Below, one piece after another: positions 46,850 through 56,309 of a stretch of 64,000 bases of DNA. The stretch is from Akkermansiaceae bacterium (lineage in GTDB: Bacteria; Verrucomicrobiota; Verrucomicrobiia; Verrucomicrobiales; Akkermansiaceae). Under the pieces are notes generated by a model. That model saw nothing but the letters and a program-made list of their open reading frames with translations. It did not search any database and was not told the origin of the DNA. The position numbers were made by a program, and so were the translations under genes. The stretch lies in contig SUVK01000001.1 of assembly GCA_015062055.1 (NCBI GenBank), forward strand, positions 40,221 to 104,220, in the 5' to 3' direction. The first letter of the stretch is position 1, and every line of letters starts with the position of its first letter.

Positions 46850-48418
46850 TTACAGGGTGGAGATGTAGTAACCTGCGATAACGGCGGTACCGATAACACC
46901 GGCCACGTTGGGGCCCATGGCGTGCATGAGCAAGAAGTTGGAGCGGTCGGCCTTTTGGCCCTCGTTGTGAGAAACGCGGGCAGCCATGGGTACGGCAGAT
47001 ACGCCGGCGGAGCCAATGAGCGGGTTAATCGGGTTCTTACGCCAGCCGGGGATGAGGTTCATGAGCTGAGCAAAGAGCAAGCCACAGCAGGTTGCCACGG
47101 CAAAGGCTACCACACCCAGCATGATGATGAGCAGGGTCTCGGGCATCAGGAATCGCTCACCCTGCATGGTGAGACCTACGGATACACCCAAGAGGATGGT
47201 CACGATATTCATCAGCTCGTTCTGGGCGCAGCTTACAAGGCGCTCTGTTACCTTACATTCGCGCAGGAAGTTACCCAGCATGAGCATGCCCAGCAGCGGG
47301 GCGGCATCCGGGCAAAGCAGGATGGTCAGAATCGTTACCGTGAAGCAGAAGAACAGCTTCTCGCCCTTGGATACCTGGCGCAGGCTCTTCATCTTAATCT
47401 TACGCTGGGCCTCTGTGGTGCACAAACGCATGAAGGGCGGCTGAATCAGCGGTACCAAGGCCATGTAGGTGTAAGCCGCCACGGCAATGGCTCCCAAAAG
47501 CTCCGGTGCCAAGCTACTGGCCAAGAAGATGGAGGTGGGGCCGTCTGCACCACCGATAATGGCGATGGAGCTTGCCTGCTCGGGCGTGAAGTTAAGGCAT
47601 ATCGCACAAAGGAAGGTGAAGGCTACACCGCCTTGTGCTGCTGCACCCAGCAACAGTGCGCGGGGAGAGGCCAACAGCGGGCCGAAGTCCGTGAGGGCAC
47701 CTACACCCAAGAAGATGAGCGGGGGGAAGAGCTCGCACTTGATACCCAGGCCAATCCAGTCGAACAGACCGCCCTCGGGCTTTTTAACGAGTACTTCTTC
47801 TACCTCGTGGCCGGTTACATTCAGACGACCTTTACGGGCTTTGCCTGTCTTCGGGTCGTATACCTGCTCGTAAACGGCGGGAATCTCTTTGGCTGCTGCC
47901 AGCTTGAAGTACTCGAGCTGCTTCTCAGGAGAAAGTGCAGCGCGCTCGGCTTTGGTTAAATCCGGAGTAACCAGAATGAGTGCCTTGTCGTCTGTTGTAA
48001 GGGCGGCAATTTCTTTATCCGTATACCCACCGACTTTGAGAAGTCTCTCCAACACGGCAACTTGATCCTCATGCTTGTGGCGGATGAGTTGCAGACGCAG
48101 GAAACCTACGTCTTTCATGATGGTTTTAGCGCGCTCCTCTTCTGTAAGATTCGGGTCGTTCGGGTCAAGGAACTTGCCGGTCTCGGGGTCGATGGAAGCT
48201 ACCTGCATTTGGGCTTGGGTAATGACCATACCGTTATCGGGGATGTTGGCAATGAGGGCGCCGAAGGCAATCGGCACCATCAGCAGCGGTTCAAACTGCT
48301 TGACCACACCCAAATACAGCATGAGTACCACAACGCCCCACATGACGTACATCTGCCAGGTCATCTGGGTCAGACCGACGCCACTCAGGAAATCCATGAG
48401 GGATTCTAATAGTTGCAT
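46850..48418 (-). CDS. mmdB: Na+-transporting decarboxylase beta subunit with large insertion
   Basis: FEPLLMVPIAFG, IIGGADGPTSI, GSAGVSAVPMAAR, MGPNVAGVIGTA. Confidence 0.93.
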   Translation of the reverse strand: MQLLESLMDFLSGVGLTQMTWQMYVMWGVVVLMLYLGVVKQFEPLLMVPIAFGALIANIPDNGMVITQAQMQVASIDPETGKFLDPNDPNLTEEERAKTIMKDVGFLRLQLIRHKHEDQVAVLERLLKVGGYTDKEIAALTTDDKALILVTPDLTKAERAALSPEKQLEYFKLAAAKEIPAVYEQVYDPKTGKARKGRLNVTGHEVEEVLVKKPEGGLFDWIGLGIKCELFPPLIFLGVGALTDFGPLLASPRALLLGAAAQGGVAFTFLCAICLNFTPEQASSIAIIGGADGPTSIFLASSLAPELLGAIAVAAYTYMALVPLIQPPFMRLCTTEAQRKIKMKSLRQVSKGEKLFFCFTVTILTILLCPDAAPLLGMLMLGNFLRECKVTERLVSCAQNELMNIVTILLGVSVGLTMQGERFLMPETLLIIMLGVVAFAVATCCGLLFAQLMNLIPGWRKNPINPLIGSAGVSAVPMAARVSHNEGQKADRSNFLLMHAMGPNVAGVIGTAVIAGYYISTL

Positions 48419-48496
48419 ATCAGCGTGATAAAAGGTTATTGTTTTACACCCTCACTACGCTTTGTAAGCGCATGAGGCCGAACCCGCAGGGGGAAC

Positions 48497-48895
48497 TTAA
48501 CCGAGGTAGGCGAGCGGCTGGTTCTCAGCAACGGTGTCGCCGGGGGCTACTGCAAAGGAGGTAACGGTGCCGTTAGCGGGGGCGTAGATAACGGTGTTCA
48601 TCTTCATGGCCTCAAGGGTCATGATTTGGTCGCCCTCCTTAACGGCTGTGCCGGGGGTAACATCCAGAGATACAACCTTGCCTGCCAGCGGGCTGGGTAC
48701 GGGGGTGCCTGCGCCGGCGGCGGGGGCGGGAGCTGCTACGGGAGCAGGGGCGGCTACGGGGGCTGCCACGGGAGCCGGGGCCACAACGGGGGCTGCTACA
48801 GGTGCAGGGGCCGGGGCTGCGGCAAGGCTGCCGCCTACGGTTTCTACGGTTACATCAAAAGTTTGGCCGGCAACGGTGATACGGAGTTGTTTCAT
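48497..48895 (-). CDS. mmdC: Biotin carboxyl carrier subunit
   Basis: Ala/Pro linker; LEAMKMNT. Confidence 0.93.
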   Translation of the reverse strand: MKQLRITVAGQTFDVTVETVGGSLAAAPAPAPVAAPVVAPAPVAAPVAAPAPVAAPAPAAGAGTPVPSPLAGKVVSLDVTPGTAVKEGDQIMTLEAMKMNTVIYAPANGTVTSFAVAPGDTVAENQPLAYLG

Positions 48896-48955
48896 TGTTT
48901 TGTATGTGTGTTAGATTGTTAAGATTGAAAGAAAGTTTTTTGTGGGGATGCGGGG

Positions 48956-49411
48956 TTAACCGCGGGTGGGGAAGGAGTGGGAGTTCATGATGGCGGTGCG
49001 TCCGCTTTGTGCATAACCGGTATTAACGGGCTGAATGTCCAGAATGCGGGCCTCATTACCAACCGTTACTTTAACGGCGGCGGCAATGGCTGCTACTACC
49101 TCGGGCGTAATGCTGGAGGCTGCTGCATCATAAATACCGGCGGCAATGGCTGCCACCTGTGCTGGTGCCAGCTCGGGTGCCACGGCCGGTTGCGGCGCTA
49201 CGGGTGCGGTGGCGGCTGCTGCTGCACGCGCAGCGTCTGCCTGGGCTTTTCTCTTGGCCTCTTGGCGGGTTGCAACCGCGCCCGAGGCTTCGAGGATAAG
49301 CCAGAGCAGAATCAGACAGCCGAACACAACAATCATACCCGTAACCTGATACGTGAGTGCTTTCATGAAAGCATCCCACGTAATGGCGAGTGTATTGAAT
49401 GTGTTGATCAT
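48956..49411 (-). CDS. mmdD: OadG/MmdD-family subunit
   Basis: TM VTGMIVVFGCLILL; VVAAIAAAV; operon position. Confidence 0.8.
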   Translation of the reverse strand: MINTFNTLAITWDAFMKALTYQVTGMIVVFGCLILLWLILEASGAVATRQEAKRKAQADAARAAAAATAPVAPQPAVAPELAPAQVAAIAAGIYDAAASSITPEVVAAIAAAVKVTVGNEARILDIQPVNTGYAQSGRTAIMNSHSFPTRG

Positions 49412-49436
49412 GATTTTGTTTTATTTGAAAAAAGAA

Positions 49437-51002
49437 TCAGAGCGGCATGTTGCCGTGTTTCTTGGCCGGGCGTGTCTCCTTCTTGTTAAGGAGGGTACGC
49501 AGGGTGAGCGCAATCTTGGCGCGGGTTTCCTTGGGGTTAATTACCTCGGTCACCTGGTCGGAGGCTGCGGCGGCATACGGGTTGTAGAAGGCCTCGGTAT
49601 ACTCGTTGAGTAGCTCTTGACGGCGTGCTTCGCGGGCGGCATCGTCTTCTATTCCCTTGAGCTCGCGGCCATACAGCACCGGCACGGCACCTTGGGCGCC
49701 CATTACGGCAATCTCGGCCGTGGGCCATGCGTATACGGCGTCTGCCCCCAATCCCTTGCAGCACATGGCAATGTAGGCACCGCCGTAGGCTTTGCGCAAT
49801 ATCATGGTTACCTTGGGTACGGTGGCAGAGGAGTAGGCGAAAATCATCTTGGCTCCGTGGCGAATAATGCCACCGCGCTCTTGCTGCTTGCCGGGCAAGA
49901 AGCCGGGTACGTCTACCAAGTTGACCAAGGGAATGTTAAAGGAGTCGCAGCAGCGGATGAAGCGGGCGGCTTTGTCGGAGGCGTCAATATCCAAGCAACC
50001 GGCTTTTACGGCAGGCTGGTTGGCGATGATACCTACTACTACACCGCAAATGCGGCCGAAGCCTACGATGACGTTGCCGGCAAAGTTGGCGTGCACCTCC
50101 ATAAAGCTGCCTTCGTCTACCAAGCGGGCAATCACCTTTTGCATGTCCAGCGGGGTGGTGTTGCTCTCGGGGATGATGTCGTTCATGCCTTCATCATCAG
50201 CAATATCCAGCGGGCAATCAAGCTCGTGGGGCGGGTCTTGCGTGTTGTTGGAGGGCAGGTAGGTGAGCAGCTTCTTGGCGATGTTGATGGCCTCTTCGTC
50301 GCTGTTGGCTACAAAGTGAGCATTGCCCGATACGGAGGCGTGTACATCTGCACCGCCAATCTCTTCCATGGTGCATTTTTCATACGTTACCTGTTCAATC
50401 ACCTTGGGCCCGGTAATGTACATGCCGGCGGCTCCGCCACGACGTATGATGATGAAGTCTGTAAGCGCGGGGGAGTATGCTGCACCACCGGCGCAGGGGC
50501 CGAGGATAAGGGAAATCTGGGGTACCACACCACTGGCTGCCACGTTGTTGTAGAATACGTTAGCAAAACCGGTGAGGGAGTCTACGCCCTCTTGCAGACG
50601 AGCGCCACCCGAGTCGTTAATCTGGATAACGGGCATGCCGCCTTTGATGGCGTACTGCTGGGCATCGCATATCTTTTGGGCGTGCATGTATCCCAAAGAA
50701 CCACCCTGCGCCAAGAAGTCAGCAGATGCTGCCGCTACCGGACGCCCGTTGACCAAACCGAAGCCGGTCACAATGCCATCGCCGGGGATGTCTTTGCTCA
50801 GCATGCCGAAGTTGCTGCAATGGTGCTTGGTGTGCATGCCGATTTCTGTAAAGGACCCATTATCAAACAGACAGGCGATTCGCTCGCGTGCCGTCCAATC
50901 TCCTTTCGCGTGGCGGGCATCATACTTCTCTTGTGTCGCAGCGTACTTAATCTTATGTCTGCGGGCCTCAAGGTCTTCAAGTAATTTGGGATCTATAGCC
51001 AT
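49437..51002 (-). CDS. mmdA: Acyl-CoA carboxyltransferase (methylmalonyl-CoA decarboxylase alpha subunit)
   Basis: DSGGARLQEG, GPCAGGAAYSP, DVPGFLPG, RKAYGGAY, KKHGNMPL. Confidence 0.92.
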   Translation of the reverse strand: MAIDPKLLEDLEARRHKIKYAATQEKYDARHAKGDWTARERIACLFDNGSFTEIGMHTKHHCSNFGMLSKDIPGDGIVTGFGLVNGRPVAAASADFLAQGGSLGYMHAQKICDAQQYAIKGGMPVIQINDSGGARLQEGVDSLTGFANVFYNNVAASGVVPQISLILGPCAGGAAYSPALTDFIIIRRGGAAGMYITGPKVIEQVTYEKCTMEEIGGADVHASVSGNAHFVANSDEEAINIAKKLLTYLPSNNTQDPPHELDCPLDIADDEGMNDIIPESNTTPLDMQKVIARLVDEGSFMEVHANFAGNVIVGFGRICGVVVGIIANQPAVKAGCLDIDASDKAARFIRCCDSFNIPLVNLVDVPGFLPGKQQERGGIIRHGAKMIFAYSSATVPKVTMILRKAYGGAYIAMCCKGLGADAVYAWPTAEIAVMGAQGAVPVLYGRELKGIEDDAAREARRQELLNEYTEAFYNPYAAAASDQVTEVINPKETRAKIALTLRTLLNKKETRPAKKHGNMPL

Positions 51003-51235
51003 ATGTTTTTTATGAGTATGGTGTTCGAGATAAGGTCGCTTGGCGCCTGTATACGGCCCTGCCATTGCGCCCTTTCTACGCTGCACACATTCTACCACAC
51101 TTACCCCGCCCCTGAAAAGAAAATTCCGTGCCTCAGTGCGTTTTTTTTATGCGAAAGCTAGAGAAAACTCTAAGTTTGTGCGAAAATATGACTGCCTCCG
51201 CTAATCCGGGGCGGTAAAATTGTAAGGAAACAGGG

Positions 51236-52120
51236 CTAAACCTGCACGGTGATACGCGGGGTGATGATGGCTCGGCGGTAGGTGCCGGGGGTAACGTGGG
51301 TGCGGGGCCACACGATGCAGTCATCCAGCTCGCAGTCGGCGGGGATGACGGCATCTTGCCCTACCATGCAGTCTTCACCCACTTCTGCAAGGGCAGAGAT
51401 GGTAGCGGAGGGGTGAATGCGTTGGCTGTTGGGCAGCTCGAGGATGGCATCAAGGTAGCCGGCGGGGTTGCCGATTTCATGCCAGTTTGCCCAGTCGAAG
51501 ACAACGCCGCCCGCGCGGCCTTGTTTAATGAGTTCCAACCAGATGGGGAAGATGGAGAACTTGTCTTCTGCGGGGAAAAGGTGGGCTACCTCGGGCTCCA
51601 TGATGTAGGTGCCGGCAAATTGGTGTGTACCGGGGTTGATGCCCAGTGCATGGCGCATATCGGTAATACGGCCGGTTGCTTCGTCGAAGCCGACGTTGCG
51701 CTTGCCGTCTATGCTGCGCAGGGCCATGGTGAGCAAGTTGCCACTGCGGCGGTGTTCTGCCAGCAAATCCCCCAAGGGAATGTCGGTGAGGATGTCGCCG
51801 TTATGCACAATGAGCGGCCCCTCTTTCCACAGCGGGAGAATTTTTTTCACGCCACCGCCGGAGTCCAGCGGTTCATCCTCGTGGCTGAAGGTGACGGGGC
51901 AGCCTCTGTATTGCGGGTCGGGGCAGGGGAATGCTTTGTCCCACGCCATTTCAAGGGTGGAGGTATTGATGATGAACTCCGTTACTCCGGCCTTCATAAA
52001 GTGGTCCATCGTGTGCTGAATGAGCGGCTTTTGAAAGACCGGCATCAGCGGCTTGGGGAGAATGAAGGTGAGGGGCTCGAGTCGTGTGCCTAAACCGGCA
52101 CCTAAAATGAATGCTTGCAT
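51236..52120 (-). CDS. Sugar-phosphate nucleotidyltransferase
   Basis: LGAGLGTRLEPLT..PKPL, DSGGG, HNGDIL, WHEIG. Confidence 0.88.
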   Translation of the reverse strand: MQAFILGAGLGTRLEPLTFILPKPLMPVFQKPLIQHTMDHFMKAGVTEFIINTSTLEMAWDKAFPCPDPQYRGCPVTFSHEDEPLDSGGGVKKILPLWKEGPLIVHNGDILTDIPLGDLLAEHRRSGNLLTMALRSIDGKRNVGFDEATGRITDMRHALGINPGTHQFAGTYIMEPEVAHLFPAEDKFSIFPIWLELIKQGRAGGVVFDWANWHEIGNPAGYLDAILELPNSQRIHPSATISALAEVGEDCMVGQDAVIPADCELDDCIVWPRTHVTPGTYRRAIITPRITVQV

Positions 52121-52127
52121 GGTGAGA

Positions 52128-52853
52128 TTACCAGAGATGTGGCAGGTTGAAACTGATGGCGCATATGCCCATAACGGCGTTGGCTACCCCGTGCATGACG
52201 ATGGCGGGTGTTATGCGCTTGGTTTTGATGACTAACAGGTAAGTGAGAGAGCCGTAAATAAAGGCGCCGCCCCAATCTGCCGGGTTGTGTATCAGCATGA
52301 AAGCTGCCGTTGTAACCCCGTAGGCCGGCCAACTGTGTGTGCCGATGGCTACATGCTGCGGAAAATCCCGGTCAATGCACCAGCGCATCAAAAAGCCTCT
52401 CCAAAACAGCTCTTCGGCAAAGGCGACGATGACGGCCGCGCGTACAAAACGCATGGCGTACTCTGCCAAGGTGAGTGCGCTGCCTTCGCCGAATACCTTT
52501 TCGGGCATGAACCCATTGCCCGTATCGGGTATCCACCCCGCAAAGTAGGGTATCATCCACAGCCCTATGCCAACCAGCCCGAACGGGATGGCCAACAGGC
52601 AGGGGCGCCATGCCCAATCCCACTGCATTTCTTTGCGCACATGCCACAGCCATAAGCCGCAAACGATTGTTTGTAAAGGATAGAGCAGCATCTCGGGGGC
52701 ACGTTGCCACCACGCTGCATCGGGGTGGTCCCATTTTATCGCCTCCCCGCCGAATGCCAGCACGAGCGTAAAGCCCATGAATATGGCTAAAGGGTAGACG
52801 CAGGTGCGGTATAAAGCTCTGTCTGTTATTATTTGTGATTTACAATTTACCAT
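52128..52853 (-). CDS. CAAX/CPBP intramembrane protease (exosortase-associated type)
   Basis: EELFWRGFL, H, HGVAN; multi-TM; only upstream start is the ATG in the inverted-repeat arm. Confidence 0.85.
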   Translation of the reverse strand: MVNCKSQIITDRALYRTCVYPLAIFMGFTLVLAFGGEAIKWDHPDAAWWQRAPEMLLYPLQTIVCGLWLWHVRKEMQWDWAWRPCLLAIPFGLVGIGLWMIPYFAGWIPDTGNGFMPEKVFGEGSALTLAEYAMRFVRAAVIVAFAEELFWRGFLMRWCIDRDFPQHVAIGTHSWPAYGVTTAAFMLIHNPADWGGAFIYGSLTYLLVIKTKRITPAIVMHGVANAVMGICAISFNLPHLW

Positions 52854-52867
52854 TTACAATTTACAAA
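52837..52867. repeat. Inverted repeat arm (31 bp, heptamers TTTAC(A/C)A)
   Basis: gatttacaatttaccatttacaatttacaaa; exact reverse complement of 53297-53327. Confidence 0.97.
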
Positions 52868-52896
52868 TGAGCAAAGCTCCAAGAAGGGCTTTTTTG

Positions 52897-53271
52897 TTAG
52901 CTATGAGTTTTTTGTTGCATGTGCAATTTTTTCGTTTTGATAGAAGCTGTCAAAATGGCGGTAATTTGAGATGCTTCGTCACGTAAATCTTGCAGCAACT
53001 CCGGTCTCATAGTTCCGGATTCTATCAACATATCCAGCCAAAAGCCTGTTTCATCTGCTTCTTCTTCGCAAATTTTCAGCTTGTTTAAAAAGTCTTTATC
53101 ACTCTTAGCAATGCAAGTTGCACGGTAGTTAGCACCGACTGCTGTTCCGGAACGTAATATTTGGTCTGCTAAGATTCGGGCTACACCCGGCTGTTTAAGC
53201 ATTTGTGCAGCAAGATTAATAATTCGCAAGGAAAATTGTTTGGTGCGAATAAGTAAATCTTGCTTGTTCAT
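52897..53271 (-). CDS. Four-helix-bundle protein (IVS-protein/TIGR02436-like)
   Basis: LLIRTKQFSLRII...DQILRSGTAVGANYRA...SDKDFLNKLKICEEEADETGFWL; AT-rich. Confidence 0.92.
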   Translation of the reverse strand: MNKQDLLIRTKQFSLRIINLAAQMLKQPGVARILADQILRSGTAVGANYRATCIAKSDKDFLNKLKICEEEADETGFWLDMLIESGTMRPELLQDLRDEASQITAILTASIKTKKLHMQQKTHS

Positions 53272-53296
53272 GATGCTGTTCAGTTGAATAAGAGAC

Positions 53297-53327
53297 TTTG
53301 TAAATTGTAAATGGTAAATTGTAAATC
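53297..53327. repeat. Inverted repeat arm (31 bp)
   Basis: tttgtaaattgtaaatggtaaattgtaaatc. Confidence 0.97.
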
Positions 53328-53345
53328 GCTTTTGCGAGTCGCTCT

Positions 53346-54512
53346 TCAGAGCGACTCGCAGAAGCGTTCCATTTTGTCGCAAGCCTCGACAAGCAGCGTC
53401 ATGGAGGTAGCGTAGCAGCAACGCAGGTAGCCCTCGCCACAGGCACCGAAGGCGGTGCCGGGCACCGCTGCTACCTTGGCGCCTGTCAGCAGGCGCATGG
53501 CAAACTCTTTGGAGCTGAGCCCAAAGCGCTTGATGCTGGGGAAAGTGTAGAATGCACCGCCGGGCAGGTGGCAATCCATACCCATGTCGTTGAAACGGCC
53601 CACAATGTAGTCGCGGCGGCGGTGGTAGCTGTCGCGCATCTCCAGCATGGCGGGTATGCCGTTTTGCAGGGCTTCTATGCCTGCCTCTTGGCTGGTGATG
53701 GTGGGGCAAATCATGGTGTAGGAGTGTATCTTCATCATCTGGTCGATGAGCTCCTTGGGGCCACAGGCATAGCCCAGTCGGAAACCTGTCATGGCGAAGG
53801 CTTTGGAGAAGCCGTGCAGCAGCAGGGTGCGCTCTTTCATGCCGGGCAGGGAGGCTATGCTGGTGTGTTCTTCCCCATCGTAGCGCAGTTCAGAATAAAT
53901 CTCGTCTGTTAAGACGAAAAGATCGTGCTCGATACATATTTTGGCAATCGCCTCGAGGGTTTCTTTGGGGGCGATGGAGCCGGTGGGGTTGGTGGGGAAG
54001 TTGAGCATCAGTACCTTGGTGCGCGGTGTGATGGCAGCCTCTAACTTGGCGGGGTTGAGGGCAAAGAGGTCGTCTATGCTTGTTTCTACCACCTTGGGGG
54101 TGCCATAGCTCAGCTGTACGGAGGGGGCATAGCTTACGTATGCGGGCTCGTGGTACAATACCTCATCCCCGGGGTTGACCAAACAACGCAGCGCTAAGTC
54201 AATCGCCTCGCTGACGCCCACAGTGGGTAATATCTCGTTGTGCGGGTTGTATGATACCTTGAAAAAGTCCTCAACATAGGTTGCAATGGCGCGACGCAGG
54301 CTCTCGAGCCCATAGTTACTGGTGTAGGTGGTGCGACCTTTTTCTAAGGAGGTGATGGCTGCCTCGCGAATGTTCCATGGGGTGACGAAGTCGGGCTCGC
54401 CTACGCCGAGCGAGATGATGTCTTTACTGCCGGTGACAAGGTCAAAAAACTCGCGGATGCCCGATTTAGGTAGCTCTACGACTTGCTTGGATAAAATACG
54501 ATCCCAATTCAT
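53346..54512 (-). CDS. PLP aminotransferase class I/II
   Basis: SLGVGEPDF, NFPTNPTG, DEIY, GFSKAFAMTGFRLG, GEGYLR. Confidence 0.93.
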   Translation of the reverse strand: MNWDRILSKQVVELPKSGIREFFDLVTGSKDIISLGVGEPDFVTPWNIREAAITSLEKGRTTYTSNYGLESLRRAIATYVEDFFKVSYNPHNEILPTVGVSEAIDLALRCLVNPGDEVLYHEPAYVSYAPSVQLSYGTPKVVETSIDDLFALNPAKLEAAITPRTKVLMLNFPTNPTGSIAPKETLEAIAKICIEHDLFVLTDEIYSELRYDGEEHTSIASLPGMKERTLLLHGFSKAFAMTGFRLGYACGPKELIDQMMKIHSYTMICPTITSQEAGIEALQNGIPAMLEMRDSYHRRRDYIVGRFNDMGMDCHLPGGAFYTFPSIKRFGLSSKEFAMRLLTGAKVAAVPGTAFGACGEGYLRCCYATSMTLLVEACDKMERFCESL

Positions 54513-54520
54513 AGTGCTGG

Positions 54521-54997
54521 TCAGGGGGCTACGCTGATACGGTCGCTCTCAGGTTCTTCATGGAACTTGAGGCCGTTGAGCTTGTATGTTTTCAACAGAA
54601 AGTGAGTGGCGGTAGAAAGAATGCCGTGCAGGTTCGAGAGTTTCTCGCTCACAAAACGTGCAACACCTTGCAGGTTTTCGGCCTCTACCAGTACCAGCAA
54701 ATCAAAGCCACCACTCATCAAATAGCAGCTTTTTACCTCCTCAAAACGGGCAATGCGTTGGGCCAAACGGTCGAAACCTTCACCTCGCTCGGGGGTGCAG
54801 CGTACTTCGATGAATGCCGAGACGCCTTGCTCATCGTGGTTAACAATGGTTTGGTAGCCAACGATTTTGCCCTCCTGCTCGAGGGTAGCTCGCTCTGCGG
54901 CAACTTCAGATACACTCACGCCGAGGCGATCTGCAATCTGCCGGTCGCTCAGGCGTGCGTCCGTCTCCAGTAATTTAAGAAGGGCTTCCTGTGTCAT
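54521..54997 (-). CDS. Lrp/AsnC-family transcriptional regulator
   Basis: LETDARLSDRQIADRLG; CYLMSGGFDL. Confidence 0.93.
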   Translation of the reverse strand: MTQEALLKLLETDARLSDRQIADRLGVSVSEVAAERATLEQEGKIVGYQTIVNHDEQGVSAFIEVRCTPERGEGFDRLAQRIARFEEVKSCYLMSGGFDLLVLVEAENLQGVARFVSEKLSNLHGILSTATHFLLKTYKLNGLKFHEEPESDRISVAP

Positions 54998-55124
54998 AAG
55001 TACACAAATACTACCAGTTCGCGGCGTTAAGTCAAGCTTTAATCAGGTAATCTTTGCACGTATGGTACGCAAAATCGTATTGACTTGGTGCCTGTTTAAT
55101 TTATACTGTACCAAAACGAAAGCC

Positions 55125-56309
55125 GTGATTAGTTGGGAGTTTGCATTGGCCTTGATAATGGCAGCTTTTATTTTGCCATGTATTGTTCTGTATTTTCGTA
55201 TGGAAACACAGCAGCAACGGCGGCGTCATGACATAACGGAAAAAGAGTGCCTGCGCCGTATGCTGCGAGAGACAGAGACGCATGTTCGCAACGATAAATC
55301 TCTGTTTTTGGAGGCGTTGGGGGTGCCTTTTTTGTTGATGCGCGCCTCGGGGCGCGTGGTGATGGGTAATCAACCTGCCGGCGAGCTTTTGGGGATGGAT
55401 GTTGCTTGCTGCCCCAATTTGCTGAAATTGCTTCCGCCCTGCGAGTTGAAAACCGTAATTGCGGAGCTGCTGGCAGCCCAACGGCAAGAGACCCGTACGC
55501 TTTCGCTTACCGTGCAGGGGGAGCCGCGCCACTACGTACTCACTGCCACTCCTTTACACAATGCAGATCACCATATCGGTGTTGTCTTTCACGATGTGAC
55601 CGAGGAGTACAGGACGCAGGTGATACGCCGGGATTTTGTCGCCAATGCTTCTCACGAGCTGAGAACTCCCCTTACGATTTTGCGCGGTTATCTCGAAACA
55701 TTGCTGGAAAACCCACAAGATTCTCAAGATGAGGTGTACCGTACTCGGGCCCTGCAGGTGATGCGTAAGCATACGGAGCGTATTACCCATTTGGTGGAGG
55801 GGATGCTGACGGTGTCTCGCCTGGAGGGGGGCGGCTCCCCTCAGCTGAGGTGTGAGCAGTTCGATTTCTCGGAGCTTGTGGCAGATGTTGCGCTGCAATT
55901 AGAAAGCCTGATGCAGCAAGGTAAGGTGGACTTTGCTGTACGCCTGCATTGTACGCCGTTTATGGTGAACGGTGATAAATTTTATTGGTCGCAAATCATC
56001 TTTAATTTGTTGGAGAACTCATTGAAAAACAATATGTCGCCCGGGTTGCAATTGGAGGTCGGTTCTGTTGCAGAGCCCGATGGCGGCGTGCGTATTTATG
56101 TGCAGGATAATGGTGTAGGTATTGATGCGGCGCATTTGCCCTACATTTTTAAGCGTTTTTACCGTGCGGATGCAACCGGTAAGGTGAAGGGTACCGGCTT
56201 GGGGTTATCCATTGTGCGCCATGCTGTAGAAGCGCATGGCGGTAGTATTACGGCGAGCAGCACCCCCGGTGTTTCTACTACCTTTACAATATGTTTGCCC
56301 CGGCAATGA
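55125..56309 (+). CDS. PhoR-like sensor histidine kinase
   Basis: FVANASHELRTPL, NLLENSLK, DNGVGI, FKRFYR, GTGLGLSIV; start uncertain (55062 or 55125). Confidence 0.9.
   Translation: MISWEFALALIMAAFILPCIVLYFRMETQQQRRRHDITEKECLRRMLRETETHVRNDKSLFLEALGVPFLLMRASGRVVMGNQPAGELLGMDVACCPNLLKLLPPCELKTVIAELLAAQRQETRTLSLTVQGEPRHYVLTATPLHNADHHIGVVFHDVTEEYRTQVIRRDFVANASHELRTPLTILRGYLETLLENPQDSQDEVYRTRALQVMRKHTERITHLVEGMLTVSRLEGGGSPQLRCEQFDFSELVADVALQLESLMQQGKVDFAVRLHCTPFMVNGDKFYWSQIIFNLLENSLKNNMSPGLQLEVGSVAEPDGGVRIYVQDNGVGIDAAHLPYIFKRFYRADATGKVKGTGLGLSIVRHAVEAHGGSITASSTPGVSTTFTICLPRQ

Noticed and set aside
52897-53709. 270-aa extended four-helix-bundle ORF
   Set aside because: The extension overlaps the aminotransferase out of frame and reads as junk; the family match starts at MNKQDL (53271). 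A frameshift fusion cannot be excluded but has no support.
54867-55124. N-terminal extension of the histidine kinase
   Set aside because: Overlaps the divergent Lrp gene and its promoter.
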